Positions 10,456-19,340 are shown, numbered from the stretch's first letter. The stretch: 35,782 bases of DNA from an uncultured Pseudomonadota bacterium (GCA_903957805.1 CAJBQQ010000027.1:1-35782); one strand, 5' to 3'. Notes: generated by a model from the sequence alone, not told the origin. Numbers and translations are program-made.

Positions 10456-10935
10456 ATGAGTGAAGAGCAGCAACCAGTTTTCCGGATCGAGAAGATTTAT
10501 GTCAAGGGCTTATCCCTAGAAATCCCTAACGCGCCAGCAGTCTTTCTGGAACGTGAGCCCCCTCAGGTGGATGTGCAGCTGCATACGGCTGGAGAGCGTA
10601 TCGATGAGGGGATGTTCGGGGTCCTTTTGACCGCTACTGTCACCGCTAAGGTCAATGATAAGACTATGTTTTTGGTGGAGGCCCAGCAGGCTGGCGTCTT
10701 TCAAATTCGTAATGTCGCAGAGACCGAGATGGAGCCCGTACTAGGTATTGCTTGTCCTAATATTCTTTTCCCTTATTTGCGAGAGGTCGTGTCGGATGTG
10801 GTCACTCGTGCTGGATTCCCTCCGGTCATTCTCAATCCAATAAATTTTGAAGTTATTTACCAGCAGGATAAGCAGCGTGCTGATTTGAATGCGGCGGCAG
10901 CGGGCTCATTGGACGAGGACAAGAAGACACATTGA
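10456..10935 (+). CDS. secB: Protein-export chaperone SecB
   Basis: Collinear with E. coli SecB (FRIEKIYVKGLSLEIPNAP.., CPNILFPYLRE, NPINFE). The ATG at 10456 is chosen; the track start at 10444 is a TTG. Confidence 0.95.
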   Translation: MSEEQQPVFRIEKIYVKGLSLEIPNAPAVFLEREPPQVDVQLHTAGERIDEGMFGVLLTATVTAKVNDKTMFLVEAQQAGVFQIRNVAETEMEPVLGIACPNILFPYLREVVSDVVTRAGFPPVILNPINFEVIYQQDKQRADLNAAAAGSLDEDKKTH

Positions 10936-10937
10936 AA

Positions 10938-11420
10938 ATGAAATACGCATCACTCCTCGAAAGCTTTTCAAGGCGGCGTCAAGTCCAGGCGCTGCTACTG
11001 TCTTCGTTATTAATGATCCATGGGCATGCTCTTGCATCAATGGAGTTTTTTTCCATAGCGGATAGTGCGGCTATTATGTATGACGCACCATCCCTTAAGG
11101 CTGGCAAAGTTTTCGTGGCGAGTCGTTACCTTCCGGTGGAAGCGATCGTCAAGGTAGAGGGCTGGGTGAAGGTTCGTGATAGTGGCGGAGGCCTTGCCTG
11201 GGTTGAAGAGAAGGCATTAAGCAACAAGCGCTATGTGATCGTAACTTCCACTCAGGTCGGGGCATATCAATCGGCCGATACGGGTTCAGCATTGATATTC
11301 GAGGCCCTACAGAATGTGGTGATGGAGTGGCTGGAGCCTGCCATGAATGGTTGGGTTAAGGTGCGCCATCGAGACGGTCAGACCGGATACGTCAGAACAC
11401 ATCAGGTCTGGGGTTCATGA
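10938..11420 (+). CDS. Secreted protein with two bacterial SH3-like repeats
   Basis: Has a signal-like N-terminus (ALLLSSLLMIHGHALA), then two repeats each ending in GWVKVR (..VEGWVKVRDSGGGLAWV.. and ..MNGWVKVRHRDGQTGYV..). Its stop overlaps the gpsA start (ATGA at 11417-11420). Confidence 0.7.
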   Translation: MKYASLLESFSRRRQVQALLLSSLLMIHGHALASMEFFSIADSAAIMYDAPSLKAGKVFVASRYLPVEAIVKVEGWVKVRDSGGGLAWVEEKALSNKRYVIVTSTQVGAYQSADTGSALIFEALQNVVMEWLEPAMNGWVKVRHRDGQTGYVRTHQVWGS

Positions 11421-12406
11421 GAATAGCCATCCTCGGTGCTGGGGCCTGGGGAACTGCGCTGGCGATTAATCTTAATGGGCACCACCAGGTTACATTATGG
11501 ACACCTGATACGGAGCATCTAGACGAGATGCTCTCGCAACGGACTAACCACCGCTTTCTTCCTGAGTTTCCTCTGCCTGACTCACTAGAACTGACCTCTG
11601 TAATTGCCGATGCTATTGATACGGCTGATCTTGCGGTGATTGTCGTTCCTGTCGCGGGATTGCGTGAGACATTACGCAGAATTATTGCGACCGGAAGAGC
11701 GATACCGGTGATCTGGGGGTGCAAGGGTTTCGAGGAAAAGTCCGCTAAACTTCCTCACCAGGTGGCGAGTGATGAGTATGCCGGGGTCGCACCCTGTGGC
11801 GTGCTGTCAGGACCGAGCTTTGCGCAGGAGGTGGCGCAGAGGAAGCCCACTGCCTTAACCTTGGCATCTCATGATGAAGAATTCTCCAGGAGTATCGCCG
11901 CACAGTTACACCATCCACGTCTTAGGGTCTATTCCAGTACCGATGTCGTTGGTGTAGAGGTAGGCGGTGCAGTCAAGAATGTGATCACCATTGCCGCCGG
12001 CATTTCTGACGGTATGGGCCTTGGTCATAATGCTCGTGCAGCCCTTATCACTCGAGGACTGGCCGAGATTACTCGGTTAGGACTTAAGCTCGGCGGTCAC
12101 ATGGAAACCTTTTCAGGATTGGCAGGAGTGGGGGATCTGATACTTACTACGACTGGCGATCTATCGCGCAACCGACGTGTAGGACTATTGCTGGCAGAGG
12201 GTCAACCGTTGACAGATATTCTTAAGAATCTTGGACATATTGCGGAGGGGGTGTATACCGCACGAGAAGTTCTCCATCTGAGCCAAGAAATGGATGTCGA
12301 TATGCCGATCACCAGAGCCGTCTGCAGCATACTGTACGACGGTGTGTCGCCCAAGACGGCGTTAGAGTCACTGCTCAGTCGTGAGCCCAAAACAGAGAAT
12401 GGCTAA
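11417..12406 (+). CDS. gpsA: NAD(P)H-dependent glycerol-3-phosphate dehydrogenase
   Basis: 329 aa. Contains the MRIAILGAGAWGTALA Rossmann motif, GPSFAQEV, GGAVKNV and GDLILTTTGDLSRNRRVG. Confidence 0.95.
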   Translation: MRIAILGAGAWGTALAINLNGHHQVTLWTPDTEHLDEMLSQRTNHRFLPEFPLPDSLELTSVIADAIDTADLAVIVVPVAGLRETLRRIIATGRAIPVIWGCKGFEEKSAKLPHQVASDEYAGVAPCGVLSGPSFAQEVAQRKPTALTLASHDEEFSRSIAAQLHHPRLRVYSSTDVVGVEVGGAVKNVITIAAGISDGMGLGHNARAALITRGLAEITRLGLKLGGHMETFSGLAGVGDLILTTTGDLSRNRRVGLLLAEGQPLTDILKNLGHIAEGVYTAREVLHLSQEMDVDMPITRAVCSILYDGVSPKTALESLLSREPKTENG

Positions 12407-12470
12407 GCAAGGGGCTGGCAGCACATTTTCTATTTCTATGCCGATAAGTTTTTATGGAGATAGGGGTGGT

Positions 12471-12938
12471 TCAGATAGCGCCCCCGAATCCTGTCTGTCG
12501 CCAAGCTTCATAGATCACAACCGAGACGGTGTTAGATAGATTAAGGCTGCGACTGCCTGGTACCATTGGCACGCGGATACATCTTTCTGCTGGAAAACTT
12601 TCTCGTATCTCGGTCTTCAGACCACTACTTTCCGCGCCAAAAAGAAAAGCATCTCCAGCCAGATATGAGGGTATGTGGTGGTGCTGAGTTCCCTTGGTGG
12701 ATACTGCAAAAATACGACGATCTTGCAGATCAATGAGGCAATCTTCCCAATTTTCATGGATCTTAATATTGGCAAATTCATGATAATCCAAGCCTGCTCG
12801 TAGCAACCTCTTGTCTTCCAATGAAAAGCCCAGTGGTTTGATCAGATGAAGTTTTGATCCTGTATTCGCACAGAGGCGAATGATATTCCCGGTGTTAGGT
12901 GGAATTTCAGGTTGAAATAGAATTATGTCGAACATCAT
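12471..12938 (-). CDS. trmL: tRNA (cytidine/uridine-34 2'-O)-methyltransferase, SpoU/TrmL family
   Basis: 155 aa, nearly collinear with E. coli TrmL/YibK (PEIPPNTGNIIRLCANTG, RAGLDYHEF, IRVPMVPGSRSLNLSNTVSVVIYEAWRQ). Confidence 0.9.
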   Translation of the reverse strand: MMFDIILFQPEIPPNTGNIIRLCANTGSKLHLIKPLGFSLEDKRLLRAGLDYHEFANIKIHENWEDCLIDLQDRRIFAVSTKGTQHHHIPSYLAGDAFLFGAESSGLKTEIRESFPAERCIRVPMVPGSRSLNLSNTVSVVIYEAWRQTGFGGAI

Positions 12939-13196
12939 TCTGCCGTTTAATTTAAATCGATGGCTGGGTTGGTACAGGTGATGAAGTTGAACAGGGCTAG
13001 GGGGGCGTGCTGCTGGTTTGCTACTGGAAGTGATGAGATTTAGATTTCCGTATGTGGTGTTCTTCTAAGTGGGAATTTACATCCTTAAAAAACTATTATC
13101 CAATGCAACTCGAACTTGAATCTACCGATTTTTATAATTTTAATTTAGAAAATAAACAATCTTCATTCTTTTTATTTGTTGACGTTCTCAAGGTTA

Positions 13197-13230
13197 GGCA
13201 GGTCACTTTGTGCTTATCTCGTGACCTGCC
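13197..13230 (-). terminator. Perfect 10-bp stem hairpin (GGCAGGTCAC-N14-GTGACCTGCC) about 30 nt downstream of the TIGR04073-like gene
   Basis: The inverted repeat was read directly. No U-tract follows on the minus strand, so it is either an atypical terminator, an RNA-stabilising hairpin or a protein-binding site. Confidence 0.35.
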
Positions 13231-13259
13231 ATCCCGTTATATCTGTAATCTGTTTTTAA

Positions 13260-13613
13260 TTATTTGTGGTAGCTCGTTTCTTTGTCGAAGTCATCCCAGA
13301 TGTAGCCTGGTTTTACTACGGGGTGGGTTGGAATCAAGAATGTCGCTGTCTCCATAATTCCGTATGCTGTGCGGCCAACCATCTGAAATAAACCAGTGAA
13401 CACACCAACAGTGGCCCCGGCAACTACACCATCCCTCTGTCCGGTTATCATTATATTCTTGGGGACTTCAACCCAGCCGGTAGCGATGTTAGCGATACCA
13501 TATCCTAACTTATCTCCCACATGCGTCACGTAATTTGCCTCGTGAGCATGAACTGATGGAGCTAAAAAGGCCAAGGAAGATACGATCAGTAGTGACTTGA
13601 TTATTTTTTTCAC
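13260..13613 (-). CDS. Small secreted protein resembling the exosortase-system-associated TIGR04073 family
   Basis: 117 aa with a GTG start and a strong AGGAG RBS 6 nt upstream. Has a signal peptide (SLAFLAPSVHA|HE) and a core KLGYGIANIATGWVEVPKNI...GVFTGLFQMVGRTAYGIMETATFLIP..P.Y.W that matches my memory of TIGR04073 proteins. The family name is unverified. Confidence 0.65.
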   Translation of the reverse strand: MKKIIKSLLIVSSLAFLAPSVHAHEANYVTHVGDKLGYGIANIATGWVEVPKNIMITGQRDGVVAGATVGVFTGLFQMVGRTAYGIMETATFLIPTHPVVKPGYIWDDFDKETSYHK

Positions 13614-13964
13614 GTGTAACTCCTTAAAATTGAGTTGAAGTTGTATCTAATTTTAGACCTTTACTAGTGATGCCTACACCGTAACAACTACCGTGAGTCC
13701 ATTAGAGGCTAATTCTATACTCCGCCAATTTTTTCACGGCATTTATAATTCTATATCAACTGAATCTACGCAACCAGAGTAAACGTCAATGAATCCTTTG
13801 GTGCCATTATCTAGCGAATGGTGAGCTCCTCACTCCTCGACATGATCCTTTCCCCCAGCTTAATCCGTCTTCTGACAGGTCAGTATGGTGCTCAGAGGGT
13901 TAGTCTGATGGCGGTCATATTCAATCCCCCCCAATCATTAACCGCGTATAGGAAGCAGTTTGAT

Positions 13965-13992
13965 CTATTTTTAATCTATCGTCGAAAAATAG
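13965..13992. promoter_or_regulatory. AT-rich inverted repeat CTATTTTT-N12-AAAAATAG in the long bioB upstream region
   Basis: Read directly. It has 8-bp perfect arms and lies about 150 nt upstream of the bioB ATG. Its function is unknown. Confidence 0.2.
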
Positions 13993-14080
13993 CTTGCTGT
14001 GAATTGACAACAGTACCTTTCGCCTTGATGATATAGCTCATCGCGAATCAGATAATCACAGACTCGCTGTTCGATTAATA

Positions 14081-14101
14081 ATAACCGAATAACCGAATAA
14101 C
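14081..14101. repeat. Tandem 8-mer ATAACCGA x 2.6
   Basis: The sequence ataaccga ataaccga ataac was read directly, 41 nt upstream of the bioB ATG. Confidence 0.9.
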
Positions 14102-14141
14102 TGGATGATTGATCCAGTTACCAATTCATACAGGGTACAGA

Positions 14142-15110
14142 ATGAATCAATCCGTTTCCGATGTAATTTCCATAAAGCCATCAGCCTGGACTGTTGCTCA
14201 AATCGAAGCCCTGCTGGATTTGCCTTTTAGCGATCTAATTCACCGTGCCCAGTTGATTCATCGTCAGTATCATAATGCTAATGCGGTGCAGCTATCGACA
14301 CTCATCTCGGTTAAGACAGGTGGTTGCCCAGAGGATTGTGGTTATTGCCCTCAGGCGGCGCGCTACCATACGAGTGTGGAAGATCAGGAGATATTGTCAC
14401 TGACGGAGGTGATCGATACAGCAAGAGCAGCAAAGGCACAGGGAGCTTCACGCTTCTGTATGGGTGCAGCCTGGAGAGGTCCTAAGCAGCGGGATATCGG
14501 TAAAATATCAGAAATGATTAGCTCAGTGAAGGCACTGGGCCTTGAAACTTGTGCCACGCTGGGGATGCTGAAGGAGGGGCAGGCAGAGCAACTCAAGCAG
14601 GCCGGTCTTGATTACTACAATCATAATCTCGATACAGCACCAGAATTCTACGGTGAAGTGATCACCACCCGTGACTATCAAGACCGCCTAGACACGCTTG
14701 AACAGGTAAGAGCTGCCGGTATGAATGTGTGTTGCGGTGGAATCGTTGGTATGGGTGAATCACGTCAAGCACGGGCAGGACTGATCGCCCAACTAGCGAA
14801 TCTCAAGCCCTATCCCGACTCTGTTCCAATTAATAATCTGGTTCAAGTGGCCGGTACACCGCTGCACGGGACAGAGGCACTGGACCATTTTGAGTTTGTT
14901 CGGACCATTGCAGCTGCTCGCATTACCATGCCAAAAGCGATGGTACGTCTCTCGGCAGGAAGGCAGGAAATGTCTGAGGCGGTACAGGCACTGTGCTTTC
15001 TTGCGGGTGCCAATTCTATTTTTTATGGTGAAAAGCTACTCACCACGGGCAATCCAGAATCTCACCGAGATGACAATTTATTCAAAAAACTTGGAATTCA
15101 TTCGATCTAG
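14142..15110 (+). CDS. bioB: Biotin synthase (radical SAM)
   Basis: Contains the radical-SAM triad [10 protein letters not shown], plus YNHNLDT and the GGIVGMGES blocks. The ATG at 14142 is chosen; the track start at 14109 is a TTG. Confidence 0.95.
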   Translation: MNQSVSDVISIKPSAWTVAQIEALLDLPFSDLIHRAQLIHRQYHNANAVQLSTLISVKTGGCPEDCGYCPQAARYHTSVEDQEILSLTEVIDTARAAKAQGASRFCMGAAWRGPKQRDIGKISEMISSVKALGLETCATLGMLKEGQAEQLKQAGLDYYNHNLDTAPEFYGEVITTRDYQDRLDTLEQVRAAGMNVCCGGIVGMGESRQARAGLIAQLANLKPYPDSVPINNLVQVAGTPLHGTEALDHFEFVRTIAAARITMPKAMVRLSAGRQEMSEAVQALCFLAGANSIFYGEKLLTTGNPESHRDDNLFKKLGIHSI

Positions 15111-15115
15111 CCAGA

Positions 15116-16285
15116 ATGCTCACTGATCTAGCTGAACAGCTTCGCACCCGGGAAAATGCAGGCCTAAAACGTCGCAGGATAACCACAGAGAGTCATCAGA
15201 ATGCGCATATCACTATCGACGGACGTAGTTACCTTGCATTCTGTAATAATGATTACCTCGGACTTGCTAATCATCCTCAACTGATTGAAGCAGTCTGTGA
15301 GGGTGCCAGACGGTATGGGGTGGGTGCAGGTGCCTCGCACCTTATCAGCGGACACTCATCGGCTCATCAAGCACTAGAGAGTGCTCTAGCATCTTTTACA
15401 GGCTTCCCTAGGGCGCTACTCTTCTCAACCGGCTACATGGCCAATGCCGGGGTAGTTACTGCGTTGATTGGGCGTAGTGATGCAATCTTTGCAGATAAAC
15501 TTAATCATGCTTCTCTCAATGATGCCGCACTATGCTCAAGCGTAAAGTTGACCCGTTACCCGCACCTTGATCTGATCGCTTTGGAGAGGCAGTTGGCTAG
15601 TTCTCAGGCCAGACGGAAGCTAGTGATGACCGATGCGGTGTTCAGCATGGATGGGGATATCGCCCCGGTTCCTAGCCTGCTGGCACTGTGTGATAAGTAT
15701 GATGCCTGGCTGCTGATTGATGATGCACATGGATTCGGTGTGTTGGGTCGTCAGGGGAGGGGGGTGGCATCTCATTTCAATCTGAGTTCACCCCGTATCA
15801 TTTACATGGCGACCCTTGGCAAGGCGGCAGGTGTATTTGGAGCCTTTGTCGCTGGGCAGGTTGAGATCATTGAGTCCCTGATCCAATCTGCCCGTAGCTA
15901 CATCTATACCACCGCTACCCCACCACTGCTATCCCACGCATTGCTGTGTAGTCTGTCATTAATCGAGCAAGAGGGATGGAGGCGTGAAAGGCTATCACAG
16001 CTCATCATGCAATTTCAAAAGGGTCTACAGTCAATGCGATGGAAATTATTGCCCTCAAAGAGCCCAATCCAGCCTCTCATCATTGGTGGCAATGATGATG
16101 CCTTACAGTTAAGCGAATCGCTCCGAGAACGTGGGATAATGGTACCCGCAATCCGTCCGCCGACTGTGCCGCAGGGTACGGCAAGACTGCGGGTCTCGCT
16201 GTCGGCTGCACACAGTGAGGAGGATGTGAGTCAATTGTTATCGGCATTGAGGCAACTGGACTCGGCATATGAGTCTCCACGTTAA
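15116..16285 (+). CDS. bioF: 8-amino-7-oxononanoate synthase
   Basis: 389 aa PLP-dependent class-II aminotransferase fold (NDYLGL, SGHS..H, DDAHGFGVLG, TLGKA Schiff-base Lys). It lies in a bio operon between bioB and bioH. Confidence 0.9.
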   Translation: MLTDLAEQLRTRENAGLKRRRITTESHQNAHITIDGRSYLAFCNNDYLGLANHPQLIEAVCEGARRYGVGAGASHLISGHSSAHQALESALASFTGFPRALLFSTGYMANAGVVTALIGRSDAIFADKLNHASLNDAALCSSVKLTRYPHLDLIALERQLASSQARRKLVMTDAVFSMDGDIAPVPSLLALCDKYDAWLLIDDAHGFGVLGRQGRGVASHFNLSSPRIIYMATLGKAAGVFGAFVAGQVEIIESLIQSARSYIYTTATPPLLSHALLCSLSLIEQEGWRRERLSQLIMQFQKGLQSMRWKLLPSKSPIQPLIIGGNDDALQLSESLRERGIMVPAIRPPTVPQGTARLRVSLSAAHSEEDVSQLLSALRQLDSAYESPR

Positions 16286-17027
16286 AACCCTTGGCGCTGG
16301 TCCAGATCTCGTTCTACTGCACGGCTGGGCCATGCACAGCGATATCTGGGATGGTGTGCGTGATCAATTGGCTCGGCATTTTCGTCTGCATCTAGTCGAT
16401 TTGCCGGGTCATGGCGGCAGTGCATCATGCGAAACGGCTACGTTGCAATGCATGGTAGAAAAAGTTACAGAGGTGCTCCCCGATGACTGCACTGTTTGTG
16501 GTTGGTCATTAGGGGGTCAGGTATCTGTCGAGCTTGCATTGCAACTGCCTCAGCGTGTTAAGAAGCTGATGCTGGTCTCGACCACTCCCTGCTTTATTAA
16601 ACGTAAAGACTGGCAGTGGGGTATGGAGGAGGAGATGCTGCAACTCTTTATGAAGAACTTGAATCGCGATTATGTAACGACTCTGGATAGATTCCTCAGT
16701 CTACAGGTGAAAGGCAGTATCGATACCACGGCAGTCTTGGAAAAATTGAGAGCAAGCTTCTCTCATGATCGTAAGCTAAATGAAACTTCACTACAGGCGG
16801 GGCTGCAAATTTTACTGACGACGGATTTACGCAACAAAATAGAAAAAATTAGCCAGCCGGTCGTGCTGATGCATGGGGAGAACGACATCATCACCCATCC
16901 CTCTGCAGCAAGATGGATGCACCAGCAATTGCCAAGTTCGGAGCTGGTAATGGTGCCTAGCTGTGGGCATGCACCCTTCTTGTCACATCCAGATAAATTT
17001 ATAACAAAACTGATTCAGATGGCCTAA
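16269..17027 (+). CDS. bioH: Pimeloyl-[ACP] methyl ester esterase (alpha/beta hydrolase)
   Basis: 252 aa with LVLLHGW, the nucleophile elbow GWSLGG and a C-terminal GHAPFLSHP. It overlaps bioF by 17 nt and abuts bioC (TAA then ATG). Confidence 0.85.
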   Translation: MSLHVKTLGAGPDLVLLHGWAMHSDIWDGVRDQLARHFRLHLVDLPGHGGSASCETATLQCMVEKVTEVLPDDCTVCGWSLGGQVSVELALQLPQRVKKLMLVSTTPCFIKRKDWQWGMEEEMLQLFMKNLNRDYVTTLDRFLSLQVKGSIDTTAVLEKLRASFSHDRKLNETSLQAGLQILLTTDLRNKIEKISQPVVLMHGENDIITHPSAARWMHQQLPSSELVMVPSCGHAPFLSHPDKFITKLIQMA

Positions 17028-17921
17028 ATGAATTACGACCATACCCTAGATAAGCATCAGTTACGACGATCTTTCGAGCGTGCAGCGCCGAGTTACGACG
17101 GTGCTGCAGTGCTGCAACGCGAGGTATGTGATCGGATGTTGGCGCGCCTTAGTTACATTAAGTACAGCCCAGATTTAATTTTGGATGCGGGTAGTGGTAC
17201 GGGTTATGGAAGTCGGAACCTGGCTACGCGATTCCCTGCAGCTAAAATTTTAGCGCTCGATATTGCCGTATCGATGCACCTTCAGGCACGTCCTCCGGTC
17301 CCATGGTGGAAATCATTCTCCTCTGCACATGGGAGGCAGACAATTTATACGTGCGGGGATATTGAATCATTACCGGTAAAGAGTGACTGCGCAGGATTAG
17401 TCTGGTCGAACCTGACATTGCAGTGGTGTAACGATATACGGCATACATTCTCAGAGGTTCGACGAGCGCTTCAGCCGGGAGGTCTTTTTATGTTTAGTAC
17501 CTTTGGGCCTGATACTCTGAAGGAGCTGCGTCAGTCCTTTCGTAGTGCAGATAATTACAGTCATATTAATCGATTCACTGATATGCACGATATTGGTGAC
17601 ATGCTGGTCCATAATGGTTTTGCGACGCCGGTCATGGATATGGAGTACATCACACTGACCTATGATGAGGTGATCAGTGTGATGAAGGATCTGAGAACTA
17701 TTGGGGCTCGTAATGTGACTGAGGGTAGGGCGCATGGGCTCACTGGGAGAGTCAGATGGCAGAAAATGATCGATCATTATGAGTCGCTAAGAGTCGATGG
17801 GAAGCTACCTGCCACCTTCGAAGTGATTTATGGTCATGCCTGGAAGCCGCTACCACGAAAAGAGATTGGTAAGATCATAACCAAGCATGTATCGACCGAT
17901 CAGTTTCCCCTGTCAGAGTAG
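17028..17921 (+). CDS. bioC: Malonyl-[ACP] O-methyltransferase
   Basis: 297 aa with the class-I SAM motif LDAGSGTGYGS and the BioC-like N-terminus (FERAAPSYDGAAVLQREV). Lies between bioH and bioD. Confidence 0.85.
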   Translation: MNYDHTLDKHQLRRSFERAAPSYDGAAVLQREVCDRMLARLSYIKYSPDLILDAGSGTGYGSRNLATRFPAAKILALDIAVSMHLQARPPVPWWKSFSSAHGRQTIYTCGDIESLPVKSDCAGLVWSNLTLQWCNDIRHTFSEVRRALQPGGLFMFSTFGPDTLKELRQSFRSADNYSHINRFTDMHDIGDMLVHNGFATPVMDMEYITLTYDEVISVMKDLRTIGARNVTEGRAHGLTGRVRWQKMIDHYESLRVDGKLPATFEVIYGHAWKPLPRKEIGKIITKHVSTDQFPLSE

Positions 17922-17925
17922 AGGA

Positions 17926-18621
17926 ATGTCGGTAGGTTATTTCATCACCGGAACCGATACCAGTGTAGGAAAAACACTTGTGAGCTGTACATTAATCCAT
18001 GCCTTTGCTGCGCGTGGGAAGGCTGTTGTAGGAATGAAGCCAGTGGCGGCAGGACGGGGTGATGAGGGAGAGTGGGCGGATGTAGAAATGCTCACCGCAT
18101 CCAGTAACGTTTCAGCGCCACGTAGTCTGATCAATCCGTATGCTTTGATTCAGCCGGTTGCGCCGCATATTGCTGCAAGAGAGATGGGGATCGAAATCGA
18201 TACCGCTGTGATCCTCGAGGCTTGTCGCGGGTTACAAGACATTGCTGAGATAGTAATCGTTGAGGGTATCGGTGGTTTTCGGGTCCCTCTCAATAATCGG
18301 CATGATGCTGGTGATATGGCGCGGTCAATGGGATTTCCAGTAATACTGGTAGTGGGGATGCGTCTGGGATGTTTAAACCATGCACTACTGACCGCAGAGG
18401 CTGTGCAATCGGTCGGCCTTCCACTCGCAGGATGGGTGGCTAATCAGATAGATCCACAGATGCTCGATTTCGATGAGAATGTACATGCACTGCAACAAAG
18501 ACTGCCCTGTCCTCTATTAGGCGTACTGCCATTTACACCGGGTGTAATGGCGCAAGAATTTACGAATCTGCTGGATATTAATAGTCTGCAGCAAGTCAAG
18601 GTCGGTACTCTCCAGCATTAA
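17926..18621 (+). CDS. bioD: Dethiobiotin synthetase
   Basis: MSVGYFITGTDTSVGKT matches the E. coli BioD N-terminus (MSKRYFVTGTDTEVGKT), and EGIGG and NHALLT blocks are present. The ATG at 17926 was chosen by homology. Its GAGG lies unusually close to the ATG, so the start is not certain (the track start is 17887). Confidence 0.88.
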   Translation: MSVGYFITGTDTSVGKTLVSCTLIHAFAARGKAVVGMKPVAAGRGDEGEWADVEMLTASSNVSAPRSLINPYALIQPVAPHIAAREMGIEIDTAVILEACRGLQDIAEIVIVEGIGGFRVPLNNRHDAGDMARSMGFPVILVVGMRLGCLNHALLTAEAVQSVGLPLAGWVANQIDPQMLDFDENVHALQQRLPCPLLGVLPFTPGVMAQEFTNLLDINSLQQVKVGTLQH

Positions 18622-18656
18622 GCCTAGGGTCATCTAGTCAGACTGACCAATCTGTT

Positions 18657-19340
18657 GTGAAATTAATTTCTGGAATTGAATTGTCTGGCGAAATTTCGGT
18701 CAAAGAGAAAGTGGTATTGATCCATGGTCTGTGGGTCAGTGGCTGGGCCATGACATTGCTCGGGAGGAATTTGCGTCGGTGTGGTTTTGATGTCGCCATC
18801 TTCTCTTATCCTTCCATGCATGATTCATTGTCACAAAATGCACTATCACTGTCGCGATTTGTTTCTGGTATTGCAGCGATTCGTATCCATCTTGTGGGTC
18901 ATAGCTTGGGAGGGCTCTTGGCATTGCAGATGCTGTCAGAACATCCAGAGCCACGGATTGGTCGCGTTATACTGATGGGGAGTCCTTACCATGCGAGTTA
19001 CGCGGCCATCAAGCTCGCACGCATTGCGCCGGGGCGATGGCTAATCGGATCTAGCATGAGACAGTGGCTAATGAGACGAGAAGAGGCCCCGTCCATTCAT
19101 CATCATGAGATCGGTTCAATTGCTGGGTGCATGAGTGTAGGAATCGGCAAACTGCTCGGAGGATTGCCGGCACCCAATGATGGCGTGGTAACCGTTGAGG
19201 AGACGAGGTTACCCATTGCAAGTGATTGGGTAGTCCTCAATATTAACCATGCTGGCATGCTGTTTTCTCGTAAGGTCGTGCGCCAGGTCTGTGCATTTTT
19301 AAGACAAGGGTATTTTCTGCATTCTTCGGAGTCGGAATGA
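18657..19340 (+). CDS. Alpha/beta hydrolase (lipase/esterase-like, PGAP1/DUF676-like)
   Basis: 227 aa with VVLIHGLW, the nucleophile elbow GHSLGG, a candidate acid NDGVV and a candidate His in NHAGM. It has a GTG start 35 nt after bioD. Its stop overlaps the next gene's start (ATGA). Confidence 0.75.
   Translation: MKLISGIELSGEISVKEKVVLIHGLWVSGWAMTLLGRNLRRCGFDVAIFSYPSMHDSLSQNALSLSRFVSGIAAIRIHLVGHSLGGLLALQMLSEHPEPRIGRVILMGSPYHASYAAIKLARIAPGRWLIGSSMRQWLMRREEAPSIHHHEIGSIAGCMSVGIGKLLGGLPAPNDGVVTVEETRLPIASDWVVLNINHAGMLFSRKVVRQVCAFLRQGYFLHSSESE

Noticed and set aside
11392-11724. 110-aa minus-strand ORF antisense to the 5' part of gpsA
   Set aside because: It is embedded antisense in a strongly conserved gene, with no RBS and no recognisable family.
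13052-13357. 101-aa plus-strand ORF in the AT-rich spacer, overlapping the 3' end of the TIGR04073-like gene
   Set aside because: It has no RBS and a Phe/Leu/Ser/Asn-rich sequence typical of AT-rich non-coding DNA. It runs antisense into a better-supported gene and spans the 10-bp hairpin.
13821-13833. GTGAG-CTC-CTCAC, together with GTGAGTTCTCAT at 29442-29453, considered as SlmA-binding sites (E. coli consensus GTGAGTACTCAC) because slmA is encoded in the window
   Set aside because: The first has a 3-nt rather than 2-nt centre, and the second has two mismatches and lies inside a CDS. Two weak hits in 36 kb are what chance would give, and the SlmA site consensus for this lineage is unknown.
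13818-14036. 72-aa plus-strand ORF in the bioB upstream region
   Set aside because: No Shine-Dalgarno sequence lies upstream of its ATG, no motif is recognisable, and it contains the C7 tract and the AT-rich inverted repeat. I treat it as non-coding, although a small protein cannot be strictly excluded.
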